Shown here: one piece after another, positions 11,101 to 18,938 of the stretch
Numbering within the stretch: the stretch's first letter is position 1
Layout of the letters: the number at the start of each line of letters is the position of its first letter
Source: an uncultured Alphaproteobacteria bacterium
Lineage (GTDB): Bacteria > Pseudomonadota > Alphaproteobacteria > Rs-D84
Assembly (NCBI GenBank): GCA_944389595.1
Contig: CALXMY010000001.1
Span: 179-64,178, forward strand
Length of the DNA: 64,000 nucleotides
Reading direction: 5' to 3'
Translations under genes and position numbers: made by a program
Notes under the pieces: model-generated
What the model saw: the letters and a program-made list of their open reading frames with translations, nothing else
Database searches by the model: none
Told to the model about the DNA's origin: nothing

Positions 11101-11188
11101 CGCGTGTTTGGCGCGGACCTGCGTTGCCGGATATGAATTGAATGGTAACACATGTGTGGCGATTGCAACGCCCGGTACCGGTGAATAA
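8165..11188 (+). CDS. large secreted protein, S/T/R-rich repeat region plus Cys-module repeats (paralog A)
   Basis: 1007 aa; GGGGGA SD; signal peptide; VSRGT/TSR repeats; conserved block NCMESYYACMDEICT...QRRCACAGRV; seven ~40-aa modules C.H.DPNV...Q.W.....G.C....C...Y.L..GKCI. Confidence 0.7.
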   Translation: MKSRNFADHIKNAMGTVFLLAGAFFVCSTLLSMRAVFADPIAPTMTVSAPTVASPRTSGTVRASARPASSRSTASSVVSRGTAQTQNVAPSRGVTSRAIVSRGTTTPVTSRVNTTTASRATASGRPSTTVSRPAAATAANSRGVTSRAVVSRGTASNTVSRVAANNTARSVRSRTATTPSRISLQGSAIRGSKAAVNSNTYTYLQSKLYTGNYSNIIDSSTGLISAEAYNNCMESYYACMDEICTARNAAQRRCACAGRVKAFAEAEAALEQANEELIKVSGELALLVATKGKDISQAFQLTDAEKVMNCVSWKETTDKYGTDSEEAQDWCFNHGIYDGNGKGQSPCGQPSYCSSSGNTFGFDIANIDGSSSDILASLQSWADAKENTLTIISDDTDSLTSAFENLTSVVGSLAGIDGAFADSGDLKDSLAETWGYELFEYAHNNVCNRVLDSCFNGIYEACGTPPTGGAKCGNGRSQCPYNYNSYISVSNTGTYELNFIEPNTGYTASNSATCFGYTTASGDPYADLRGPVADARRSIMQKYALDANADCDAYGEQLSTAAQNIGYQKVAAQQALQQKRLEFAQEEETTIASDYKAARDNFNECLAELYDCYTTQETAQPNWSTSRIKTYCAQVSNVPHCYEEMICSAPNNILQAVIDKEDDRTKKCTNSTDFDTNTCRNIITLSEILSGTYAEGAVEDSSVALREACLQSIDIEGVRSWRSKNTSDDAGWTSPQCPDGTHEENSACVPNTQECDATGFTDPNAAKGVQTWDSVKETWGPCVLTECKGDYYASNGRCIPCGENTHTENGACVPNTKSCTHTDPNVSTATQTWNSSSWGACTPQSCRLDYVLSDGKCIAKVRVCNSGDPYAATGTQQWDEETKEYGPCQVRTCIAGYVLDNGKCISNSRQCTHSDPNVANAVQQYDSASGRWGDCVATSCEADYALTADKRCVASETSCKHTDPNVATAFRTWNGSTYGACLARTCVAGYELNGNTCVAIATPGTGE

Positions 11189-11202
11189 TTCCGATGTTAA
11201 AA

Positions 11203-11228
11203 AACGCCCCACCGGGGCGTTTTTTAGG
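11203..11228 (+). terminator. rho-independent terminator (AAAAACGCCCC-accg-GGGGCGTTTTT)
   Basis: same stem sequence as 7364 terminator. Confidence 0.8.
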
Positions 11229-11231
11229 GGA

Positions 11232-11357
11232 GTAAATAGTTACTGGTTACTCGTAACTTGTTACTCGTGATACCCCCGTCGTGCAAAGCACGCCCCCCCA
11301 CGTTCCACCTACGCAAACTTTGTTTGCGTGGGTGGTAAGCTGCGGGGTGGTAAGAGA
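11232..11357. repeat. mosaic intergenic repeat blocks
   Basis: GTAAATAGTTACTGGTTACTCGTAACTTGTTACTCGTGA, CGTGCAAAGCACGCC and GGGGTGGTAAGAGA blocks shared with 12130-12260. Confidence 0.6.
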
Positions 11358-11427
11358 ACTCAAGAATATACGCTTGTGTCTTTCCTTGTTATCGATGTGT
11401 TTTGTTGAAAAAATTATGCAAAACGCT

Positions 11428-11456
11428 TGACTTTTTATAAAAAAATGTTAATTTTG
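11428..11456 (+). promoter_or_regulatory. putative sigma70 promoter of rplU-rpmA
   Basis: TTGACT ... 16 nt ... TAATTT, about 50 nt upstream of rplU ATG. Confidence 0.35.
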
Positions 11457-11505
11457 TAGAAAACTTTAGACAAAATGAACAAGAACAATAACAAGAGAAA
11501 GACAC

Positions 11506-11805
11506 ATGAGCAATATTGCAATCTTTCAAACCGGCGGCAAACAATATCGCGTGAAAACGGGTGATGTTATAAAGGTTGAACGCCTGAATGCCGACGGCAC
11601 GGTCGAATTTGACCAGGTTTTAATGCTGGACGACAAAATCGGCACACCGTTTATCGACGGCGCGCGCGTCGTGGCCCAGGTTGTGGAACAAAAACGTGGG
11701 GACAAGGTTTTGGTGTTCAAGAAAAAACGCCGTCACAACTATCGTCGCACACGTGGCCATCGCCAGTATATCACTGTGTTGAAAATTACGGAAATCAAGG
11801 GTTAA
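11506..11805 (+). CDS. rplU: 50S ribosomal protein L21
   Basis: [27 protein letters not shown] typical L21 N-terminus. Confidence 0.9.
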   Translation: MSNIAIFQTGGKQYRVKTGDVIKVERLNADGTVEFDQVLMLDDKIGTPFIDGARVVAQVVEQKRGDKVLVFKKKRRHNYRRTRGHRQYITVLKITEIKG

Positions 11806-11829
11806 TCCCCGGATATAAGGAGTTTAATT

Positions 11830-12096
11830 ATGGCACATAAGAAAGCAGGTTCGGCAACCACCAACGGACGCGATTCGGCGGGCCGTCGTTTGGGCGTTAA
11901 AAAATCCGGTGGCAGCCGTGTTATTGCCGGCAACATCATTATTCGCCAACGTGGCACATCTGTGCATCCTGGTCTGAACGTCGGTATGGGCAAGGATCAC
12001 ACACTGTTTGCGAAAATTGCGGGCATTGTGAAATTTAAACGTGGTTTGGGCGATCGGAAAACTGTTTCCGTCATACCCGAAGACCAGGTAAAATAA
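11830..12096 (+). CDS. rpmA: 50S ribosomal protein L27
   Basis: [28 protein letters not shown] typical L27. Confidence 0.9.
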   Translation: MAHKKAGSATTNGRDSAGRRLGVKKSGGSRVIAGNIIIRQRGTSVHPGLNVGMGKDHTLFAKIAGIVKFKRGLGDRKTVSVIPEDQVK

Positions 12097-12126
12097 AAAA
12101 CGCCCCCACGGGGCGTTTTTTTTCAG
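12097..12126 (+). terminator. rho-independent terminator (AAAAACGCCCC-cacg-GGGGCGTTTTTTT)
   Basis: same stem family as 7364 and 11203. Confidence 0.8.
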
Positions 12127-12129
12127 GGC

Positions 12130-12260
12130 GTAAATAGTTACTGGTAACTCGTTATTCGTTACTCGTACTCCCCATCATCCGTCGGGGGCGGCGGGGTGGT
12201 AAGAGAGTGCGTAATTTGGTAACTGGTTCCCATTGTCATCGCGTGCAAAGCGTGCCGCCC
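12130..12260. repeat. mosaic intergenic repeat blocks
   Basis: GTAAATAGTTACTGGTAACTCGTTATTCGTTACTCG, GGGGTGGTAAGAGA, CGTGCAAAGCGTGCC shared with 11232-11357. Confidence 0.6.
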
Positions 12261-12389
12261 AACTGGTGTTGTTTAATTGGGGAAACTGCGCTGAACATCG
12301 GATTATCACATATGCGGTTAAAATCGCAAATTGTTACGAATTTTCATCTTTTATGCGGCCCGCAGTTGTGATATAATTACTTAACAAGT

Positions 12390-14744
12390 ATGAAAAAATT
12401 ATCATTGTGTCTTTTTATAATCGCGTGTTTTGCGCCGTTGGTTGTTGCCAATGGGGCATCGCGCGTGATTCCGTCGTTGGGTGTATCGACCGGTGACAAT
12501 GCCAATTCCACTGGTTCGCGTGACGCATCCGTTATCGCGGCGCGTGTAAAAACAACACGTTCGTCTGTGACACCGCCTGCAACAAATACGGATACGGTAA
12601 CAGCGCGTGATACATCTGCGCGTGCGGTGGTAAATCGCAGTGGTGCGACACAATCTGATAATGTTTCAAAATCTGATGTTGTACGTGTTGGCTCGCGTGT
12701 TTTGAATATAAACGGCACATCCACACCAACAACGTCTGGGCGTGGTTCAACAAATGTGCGCAATACTGGTGCCGCGTCGCGTGTTGGTTCGGCCCAGGTA
12801 CACACAAATACCGCGCGCGAAAATCTGGAGGCAACGGTCAATACCGTTGGTCGTAATTCACGGGTAGAGGCGGCCAGTATAAATAATAATCCCGCGGTGC
12901 GTCGTGCCGGGTTAACACTGCGCCCATCCACGGCCGAGGTTGGCGGTCGCGCCACAATTGCGGGCACAGATATACAAACAGGTTCAAACATTGACGAACA
13001 AATTCGCGGTGTGCAAACACGTGCGGCCACAAATGTACCAACCACTGAATCCATTGCCGAGGCCAAAGAACGTTTGGATTTAACATCTGACTTAAATGCA
13101 TCATGTCAACAGCAATACAATGATTGCATGGATCAATTCTGTAATGTTATTGATGCAAACCAGGGACGTTGTTCATGTTCGGCAAATTTGGCAAATTACA
13201 CCGATGTAGAAGAGGCCGTAACCGATGCAAATAATAAATTGAACGAGGTTGCCCAACAAATTCGCTATGTCGGATTAACAGCGGATGAAATACGCGCAAT
13301 TATGAGCGAGACCGAGGCCGAAGCGGCCTTGTCCGGGGCCAAGGATACATCGGAAACACGCAATATGTTGGAAGAAATCGAAAAATTAATTCGTGATCCA
13401 TCGGGTTCCAGTTCGACATATTCGTCAAATTCGGTGTCATTGGGTTTGGATATGGATTTGGATTTTTCATCCGATATTGCCGATATATTTAATTTGGATT
13501 TTCTGAATTTAAACACGGGCAGTTTTTCAAACCTGCGCGGAACCAGTTTATATAATGCGGCAAAAAATCGTTGTCGGGTTGTTTTGAATCAATGCGAAGA
13601 GGCCGGCGCAAATATTGATCAAATCACCGCAAATTACGATTTGGCAATTGACAAGGATTGCATTGCGTATGAACAGGGCCTGACCAAAATGAACCAAACA
13701 TTGGTTTCAAATGTGCGCAGTGCGAATTTGATGCTGCAAAAGGCGCGATTGGCAGTGTTGCAAAATAAAAATCAATACGATGCCAAGGGATGTATTGCGG
13801 CATTGGATACATGTATGACCGATGAAATGGTTTGTGGTGCGGATTATACAAAATGTCTGGATCCGACCAAGCGATATATTGATGAAAACGGCAATGTTGT
13901 TTTGGGCCAGGATATTACCAATATTTTGGATTTTATGGCAGATTATAATAATGCAAATATTGTTTCGGATTTCTTGTCTGAGTCATACGGCAGTGAAACG
14001 TACTTTGACGAAAAATATTGTGCCGGCGAAGGTAATGATGGGCGTTGTGTTGTAAAGTATCTGTTGCAGAAAATCGGTACCAAAGAAGACAGCACCGCCG
14101 AAGGTTTATGCCGTCCTGTTTTGGATAAATGCCAGGCATATACATATGATGAAGATGGTAAGTATCAGAAATATAATGATATAGTTGTAAATTATATCCA
14201 GCGTGCAATGGTGAATATCCAGGCGGCTCAGCGTCAGATTATATCTGATTATGCGTCAAATTGTATGCTGGATGTTGCAAACTGTTATAATCAACAGGTA
14301 ACACAGGTAAACGCATGGTCCACCAGTGCCAGTGTAAGCAGTATATATAATGTTATGCGTGGTGCATGTCGTAATGTGGCATTGACGTGTGCATATGCAG
14401 TATTTGCCAATGATACTGCCAGCTGTCCAGACGATGCAGGTCAAGAGGACACATGCATAGAAAGTATATCGCAAATGTTCTATCAATCATTATTGTGCCC
14501 GGATAATTCAAAGTATAGTTCAAGTTGTAAAACCCAGATTAATACTGAGGGAACATCATGTGTTAATGATATGTGTGAATGTTTGTCTGGTTATGACCCG
14601 TGGGCCGGTACACAATGTTTGCGTGAATGCCCGGATAATGCGGAACCTAAAAGGAATGCATACGGGCAATGTGTGTGCAAAACCGGATACACAATGCGTA
14701 ATGGTTTATGCGTTGCGGATAATACATCTGGGTCTGGTGCCTAA
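12390..14744 (+). CDS. large secreted protein, S/T/R-rich region plus Cys-rich modules (paralog B)
   Basis: 784 aa; signal peptide MKKLSLCLFIIACFAPLVVA; T/S/R-rich N-terminal region; conserved block SCQQQYNDCMDQFCN...QGRCSCSANL matching paralog A; C-terminal EGF-like CECLSGYDPWAGTQC. Confidence 0.7.
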   Translation: MKKLSLCLFIIACFAPLVVANGASRVIPSLGVSTGDNANSTGSRDASVIAARVKTTRSSVTPPATNTDTVTARDTSARAVVNRSGATQSDNVSKSDVVRVGSRVLNINGTSTPTTSGRGSTNVRNTGAASRVGSAQVHTNTARENLEATVNTVGRNSRVEAASINNNPAVRRAGLTLRPSTAEVGGRATIAGTDIQTGSNIDEQIRGVQTRAATNVPTTESIAEAKERLDLTSDLNASCQQQYNDCMDQFCNVIDANQGRCSCSANLANYTDVEEAVTDANNKLNEVAQQIRYVGLTADEIRAIMSETEAEAALSGAKDTSETRNMLEEIEKLIRDPSGSSSTYSSNSVSLGLDMDLDFSSDIADIFNLDFLNLNTGSFSNLRGTSLYNAAKNRCRVVLNQCEEAGANIDQITANYDLAIDKDCIAYEQGLTKMNQTLVSNVRSANLMLQKARLAVLQNKNQYDAKGCIAALDTCMTDEMVCGADYTKCLDPTKRYIDENGNVVLGQDITNILDFMADYNNANIVSDFLSESYGSETYFDEKYCAGEGNDGRCVVKYLLQKIGTKEDSTAEGLCRPVLDKCQAYTYDEDGKYQKYNDIVVNYIQRAMVNIQAAQRQIISDYASNCMLDVANCYNQQVTQVNAWSTSASVSSIYNVMRGACRNVALTCAYAVFANDTASCPDDAGQEDTCIESISQMFYQSLLCPDNSKYSSSCKTQINTEGTSCVNDMCECLSGYDPWAGTQCLRECPDNAEPKRNAYGQCVCKTGYTMRNGLCVADNTSGSGA

Positions 14745-14772
14745 AAAAAGCCCAATTAATTGGGCTTTTTTA
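14745..14772. terminator. bidirectional terminator hairpin
   Basis: AAAAAAAGCCCAATTAATTGGGCTTTTTT between convergent genes. Confidence 0.7.
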
Positions 14773-15459
14773 TGCGGTTATTTTTTCCATAAATTTATTA
14801 TGTGCGTCCAATTCATCCGCGTGTGCGGGAAATTCACGGTGTGGAAAATTTGCGCCTATTTTGGGGTGTGCCAAAAATGCGGCGTGTTGCTGTTCAATTA
14901 TTTCCTTTGCATCCGGGGCGGGCGCAGTGTTTTCCAATTCTTTATATACCTTGGCCAGAATTTCGGCATCAATCAATGCCCCGTGCGCATCCGCACGCGC
15001 CGTTAATGATATTCCGTACCATTTGGCCAATGCATCCAATGTATAACTTTTGGGACCAAAAACACGGTTGCGCGCAATTACAATTGAATCCAATTGTTGT
15101 GCACGTGGTATTTCCGGCAGCCCAATCATACGTAATTCATGATTAATAAACGGAAAGTCAAAATCCAATCCGTTATGCGCAACAATCGGACTGTCGCCAA
15201 CAAATTCCAAAAATCGTGGCGCAACAACCGCCATTTTTGGTTTGTCTTCTAAAAAAGCATTGGAAATTTTATGAACCATATACGATTCGGGCGGAATTAT
15301 TTTGCCATCGGGATTAATATATTCATGAAATGTATTATCAGTAATTGTGCCATCAATCATTTCAACCGCACCAATTTCAATACAACGATCGCCACGCATA
15401 TATTCAAAACCGGTTGTTTCAATATCAAAACAAATAATACGCCCCATGCCTGTCCCCAT
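14770..15459 (-). CDS. dnaQ: DNA polymerase III epsilon subunit (3'-5' exonuclease)
   Basis: ICFDIETTG exo I motif, HNGLDFDFPFI exo II, HGALIDAEIL exo III. Confidence 0.8.
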   Translation of the reverse strand: MGTGMGRIICFDIETTGFEYMRGDRCIEIGAVEMIDGTITDNTFHEYINPDGKIIPPESYMVHKISNAFLEDKPKMAVVAPRFLEFVGDSPIVAHNGLDFDFPFINHELRMIGLPEIPRAQQLDSIVIARNRVFGPKSYTLDALAKWYGISLTARADAHGALIDAEILAKVYKELENTAPAPDAKEIIEQQHAAFLAHPKIGANFPHREFPAHADELDAHNKFMEKITA

Positions 15460-15502
15460 AAAATATAGTTTTGTAAAGTTTCGTTTTGTGTATTATAATG
15501 CG

Positions 15503-17635
15503 ATGGTGAATTTAATGCTAGAAAATCTTAATCCTGAACAAAAATTAGCGGTTGAAACAACCGATGGGCCATTACTGGTGCTGTCGGGGGCGGGTACCGG
15601 CAAAACGCGTGTGTTGACCACGCGTGTGGCGTATATATTAAATAATGCGCTGGCCGCCCCGTGGCAGGTTTTGGCACTGACATTTACGAACAAGGCCGCA
15701 AATGAAATGAAAGCGCGTTTGGCAAATTTTTCCGATGGCGCAAATTGGTATGCTGGTGATGTGTGGTGTGGAACATTTCATTCAATTTGTTTGCGTATAT
15801 TGCGCGCAAATGCGGATGCTGTTGGATTGCGGCGCGACTTTTTAATATACGGCGAAGATGAACAAAAAAGCGTTTTAAAAAACGTCTTGAATGAAATGGG
15901 AATGGATGTCAAAGATTTTAATCCGTCGGATTGGATTGAACGAATTTCCGCAATCAAGGACAAAGGTTTAAACAACGCCGGGCATGCATCAGATATCGAA
16001 ACAAAAATTTTAAATGCATATAATGCGGAACTGGCGCGATTATCTGCGGTGGATTTTGGTGATATTATATTAAAAGTTTTACAACTGTTTGATACGTTCC
16101 CAGATGTTTTGGCGCGATATCAACGGCAATTTAAATATATTCTGGTTGACGAATTTCAGGATACTAATGCCGCGCAAATGCAATTTTTACAAATGCTAAC
16201 CCGTGGAATTGATAACCCAAACATTTGCTGTGTTGGTGATGACGATCAATCAATTTATTCATGGCGCGGTGCAGAAATTAAAAATATTTTAAATTTTGAA
16301 AAAACATTCCCAACCGCAAAAATAATCAGATTGGAAACAAATTACCGCAGTACACCAAATATATTGGGTGCGGCAAATTCACTGATACGCCATAACACGG
16401 GTCGATTGGGCAAAGATTTGCGAACAGGGCCAAATATGCCGATGGGTGAACCGGTATATGTTTTAACAGTTCCGTCGGATTTTGACGAGGCACGTTTAGT
16501 GTCTGATATTATTATGCGTCGGGACAAAGGCGAAATGTATTCAAATTTTGCGGTTTTGATTCGCGCGGGCAGTTTATCACGTTTATTCGAAGAAGAATTT
16601 ACATCACGCGGCATTCCGTATAAATTAATTGGTGCAACTAAATTTTATGATCGTGCGGAAATACGTGATGCCATTGCATATTTGCGTTTATTGGTATATC
16701 CATTTGATGATATATCATTTATGCGCATAATTGGAAAACCACGTCGCGGATTTGGCCCGTCTGCAATTGCAAAGTTGCGCGCATGCGGGGAAAATTTAAT
16801 GGATGGTCTGCGTAAATCGACACTGACCGGGAAACAGCGTATTGCCGCAGATGCATTTTTAACGGCATTTGATTTTGATTGGATGGCAATTTCCCCGATG
16901 GATGCGGCACAAAAATTATTGGATAATGCGGGATATATACAAATGTGGCGCGAATCGCGTGATGTTGATGCCGCCGACAGATTGGACAACATTCGTGAAT
17001 TAATAATGAACGTCATTTCAAAATATGATACATTGCCAGAATTTTTGGAACATGCGGCATTGATGATGACGGATGATAACGATTCTGATGATGCGTCGCC
17101 TGCAACTGATGCCGTCAGTGTCATGACAATTCATGCGGCCAAAGGATTGGAATTTGATACGGTATTTTTACCCGCCTGGGAAGAGGGCATATTCCCAAAT
17201 GATATGGCGGTGCAATCCGGCGGACTAGAGGAGGAACGCCGTCTGGCGTATGTTGCGATTACGCGTGCACGTCGGCGCGCAATAATAATTAACACCATGT
17301 CGCGAATGGTGTTTGGAAATCGTCAATATAATTCCCCCAGTCGGTTTATTACCGAAATGGATAACCGTTTTTTGGATTTCCAGGGCGGGGCCCCACGCCG
17401 TTCATATGGCACGGATGCAACAAATGCGCATAATCGTTTGCGTGGCGCATCATATACACATTCCGCCACACGGCGTGAAAATGTTGAACACAAATCCGCG
17501 GTCGGGCGATTGGTATCACATGCAGAAATGGGGGGCGGCGTTGTAATAGAAGACGCGGGCAATATTTTAACCGTTGCATTCAAAAATCGCGGTATCAAGA
17601 AAGTTGCCCGGCAATATATCGATTTTGTTGATTAA
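15503..17635 (+). CDS. uvrD: UvrD/Rep-family DNA helicase
   Basis: LNPEQKLAVE, Walker A GAGTGKT, TFTNKAANEM, VDEFQDTN, helicase C-terminal motifs; start moved to ATG 15503 to avoid overlap with dnaQ. Confidence 0.8.
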   Translation: MVNLMLENLNPEQKLAVETTDGPLLVLSGAGTGKTRVLTTRVAYILNNALAAPWQVLALTFTNKAANEMKARLANFSDGANWYAGDVWCGTFHSICLRILRANADAVGLRRDFLIYGEDEQKSVLKNVLNEMGMDVKDFNPSDWIERISAIKDKGLNNAGHASDIETKILNAYNAELARLSAVDFGDIILKVLQLFDTFPDVLARYQRQFKYILVDEFQDTNAAQMQFLQMLTRGIDNPNICCVGDDDQSIYSWRGAEIKNILNFEKTFPTAKIIRLETNYRSTPNILGAANSLIRHNTGRLGKDLRTGPNMPMGEPVYVLTVPSDFDEARLVSDIIMRRDKGEMYSNFAVLIRAGSLSRLFEEEFTSRGIPYKLIGATKFYDRAEIRDAIAYLRLLVYPFDDISFMRIIGKPRRGFGPSAIAKLRACGENLMDGLRKSTLTGKQRIAADAFLTAFDFDWMAISPMDAAQKLLDNAGYIQMWRESRDVDAADRLDNIRELIMNVISKYDTLPEFLEHAALMMTDDNDSDDASPATDAVSVMTIHAAKGLEFDTVFLPAWEEGIFPNDMAVQSGGLEEERRLAYVAITRARRRAIIINTMSRMVFGNRQYNSPSRFITEMDNRFLDFQGGAPRRSYGTDATNAHNRLRGASYTHSATRRENVEHKSAVGRLVSHAEMGGGVVIEDAGNILTVAFKNRGIKKVARQYIDFVD

Positions 17636-17639
17636 AATT

Positions 17640-18938
17640 TTAGTTTTTTTTACGAATGGTTTTAATAATATCTTTGCCTTGTTTGGTAACGTTACCCCAA
17701 ACTTTTTTGATATCATTACTAAATTGTTGACTGAATGTTTTATCGATTTTCCCGCCCAGATTTTCCGCAATTTCATTTGCGCGACTGGCCAAATACGCAA
17801 CCAATATGCCGGTTAATAATGTTATCATAAATCCGGAATTTTCCAATGTTGGAACCGATGCGGATGCATCCACGCTGATTGTGCCTGATAACAGTGCGGC
17901 ACACAGCGCAATTACAATTGATAACGATACAAAATAAATTGCTGCATCTATGAATCTGGATATTTGTTTTGATAATGATTCTGGTTTGAACAGGCCCAAA
18001 AATCCATTGTATATATCACCAACAATACCCTTGTACGATGTTTGGTTTATTGTTTCGGCAATGGCGGTAAACGGTAACATCGCAACCCCCAGAAATAAAT
18101 CAATAATTACCCCCAATCCCATTAATGCAAATTTAAAGGCATTGTATACGAACACAACAATAAATATTAATCCAACCAGCATTGTAAACGCACTGTGCCC
18201 AATACCAGAAATCATCCATTTCCACCCAATTGAAATCGCGGTTGTGAAAAATCCAGATAATCGTGTTGGAACGCATAATATATTTGCGGTGGCTTCGGCA
18301 TCCAATATCATGTTTTCAGATACGTGTTGTGCAGTATATGCATGTATTGCCCCGCACGTATCCGGAATTTGTAATCCGATTGTATTTGATACCGCGTTTA
18401 ATATTAAATCAGACAAATATGTACCAATACTGATAATCGGCCCCATAATCCACATAAATAATTGTGCGGGTCCGAATGCCAATATAATCGACCAAATTGC
18501 AATTACCGCGCCCTTTTTTACCAGATTTTCACCCAAATCCATTGCACTGGTGCCTTTGGTCATCATGTTATATGTTTCAAATATTAACCAGAATACATAC
18601 GCGATAATCATGAATATTATTGCAAATCGTACCAACGATGCATCCAATATATCCGCAATAACAGACATCGCATTAATCAGTGCCAAACCTATTTTCGCCT
18701 CGATTGGAACATAATCAGGTACGGATTGTGCATTTTGGAACCCGGATTGAAATTCAACCATATCGGTTCCAATTGCCATGTTAAATTGCGCCATATTATC
18801 ATCGGTCATCCAATTGCCATAATCACCGATTTCTGTTAATGGTAAATTTGATTCGGCCCCGATTGCATACGGCATAATAAACATGCATGCGATTGCAACC
18901 ATAATAATTTTTACAAAGATGCGTTTCAGTATTTTCAT
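17640..18938 (-). CDS. polytopic membrane protein, TrbL/VirB6-like, paralog 1
   Basis: 432 aa; signal peptide, periplasmic segment, >=6 TM helices, Lys-rich C-tail with NLGGK motif; start ATG overlaps stop of upstream paralog by 1 nt. Confidence 0.55.
   Translation of the reverse strand: MKILKRIFVKIIMVAIACMFIMPYAIGAESNLPLTEIGDYGNWMTDDNMAQFNMAIGTDMVEFQSGFQNAQSVPDYVPIEAKIGLALINAMSVIADILDASLVRFAIIFMIIAYVFWLIFETYNMMTKGTSAMDLGENLVKKGAVIAIWSIILAFGPAQLFMWIMGPIISIGTYLSDLILNAVSNTIGLQIPDTCGAIHAYTAQHVSENMILDAEATANILCVPTRLSGFFTTAISIGWKWMISGIGHSAFTMLVGLIFIVVFVYNAFKFALMGLGVIIDLFLGVAMLPFTAIAETINQTSYKGIVGDIYNGFLGLFKPESLSKQISRFIDAAIYFVSLSIVIALCAALLSGTISVDASASVPTLENSGFMITLLTGILVAYLASRANEIAENLGGKIDKTFSQQFSNDIKKVWGNVTKQGKDIIKTIRKKN

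Noticed and set aside
12377-13066. 229-aa minus-strand ORF antisense to the 12390..14744 gene, and similar long antisense ORFs inside ppdK (6326..7039) and the 8165 gene (8188..8784)
   Set aside because: They lie entirely within strongly supported sense-strand genes. Their composition (Arg/Ser/Thr-rich) mirrors the codon bias of the partner strand. No start context.
15347-15502. Upstream extension of the uvrD ORF (track start 15347)
   Set aside because: It would overlap the dnaQ coding region on the opposite strand by >100 nt. The conserved helicase N-terminus (LENLNPEQKLAVE) begins just after ATG 15503/15515.
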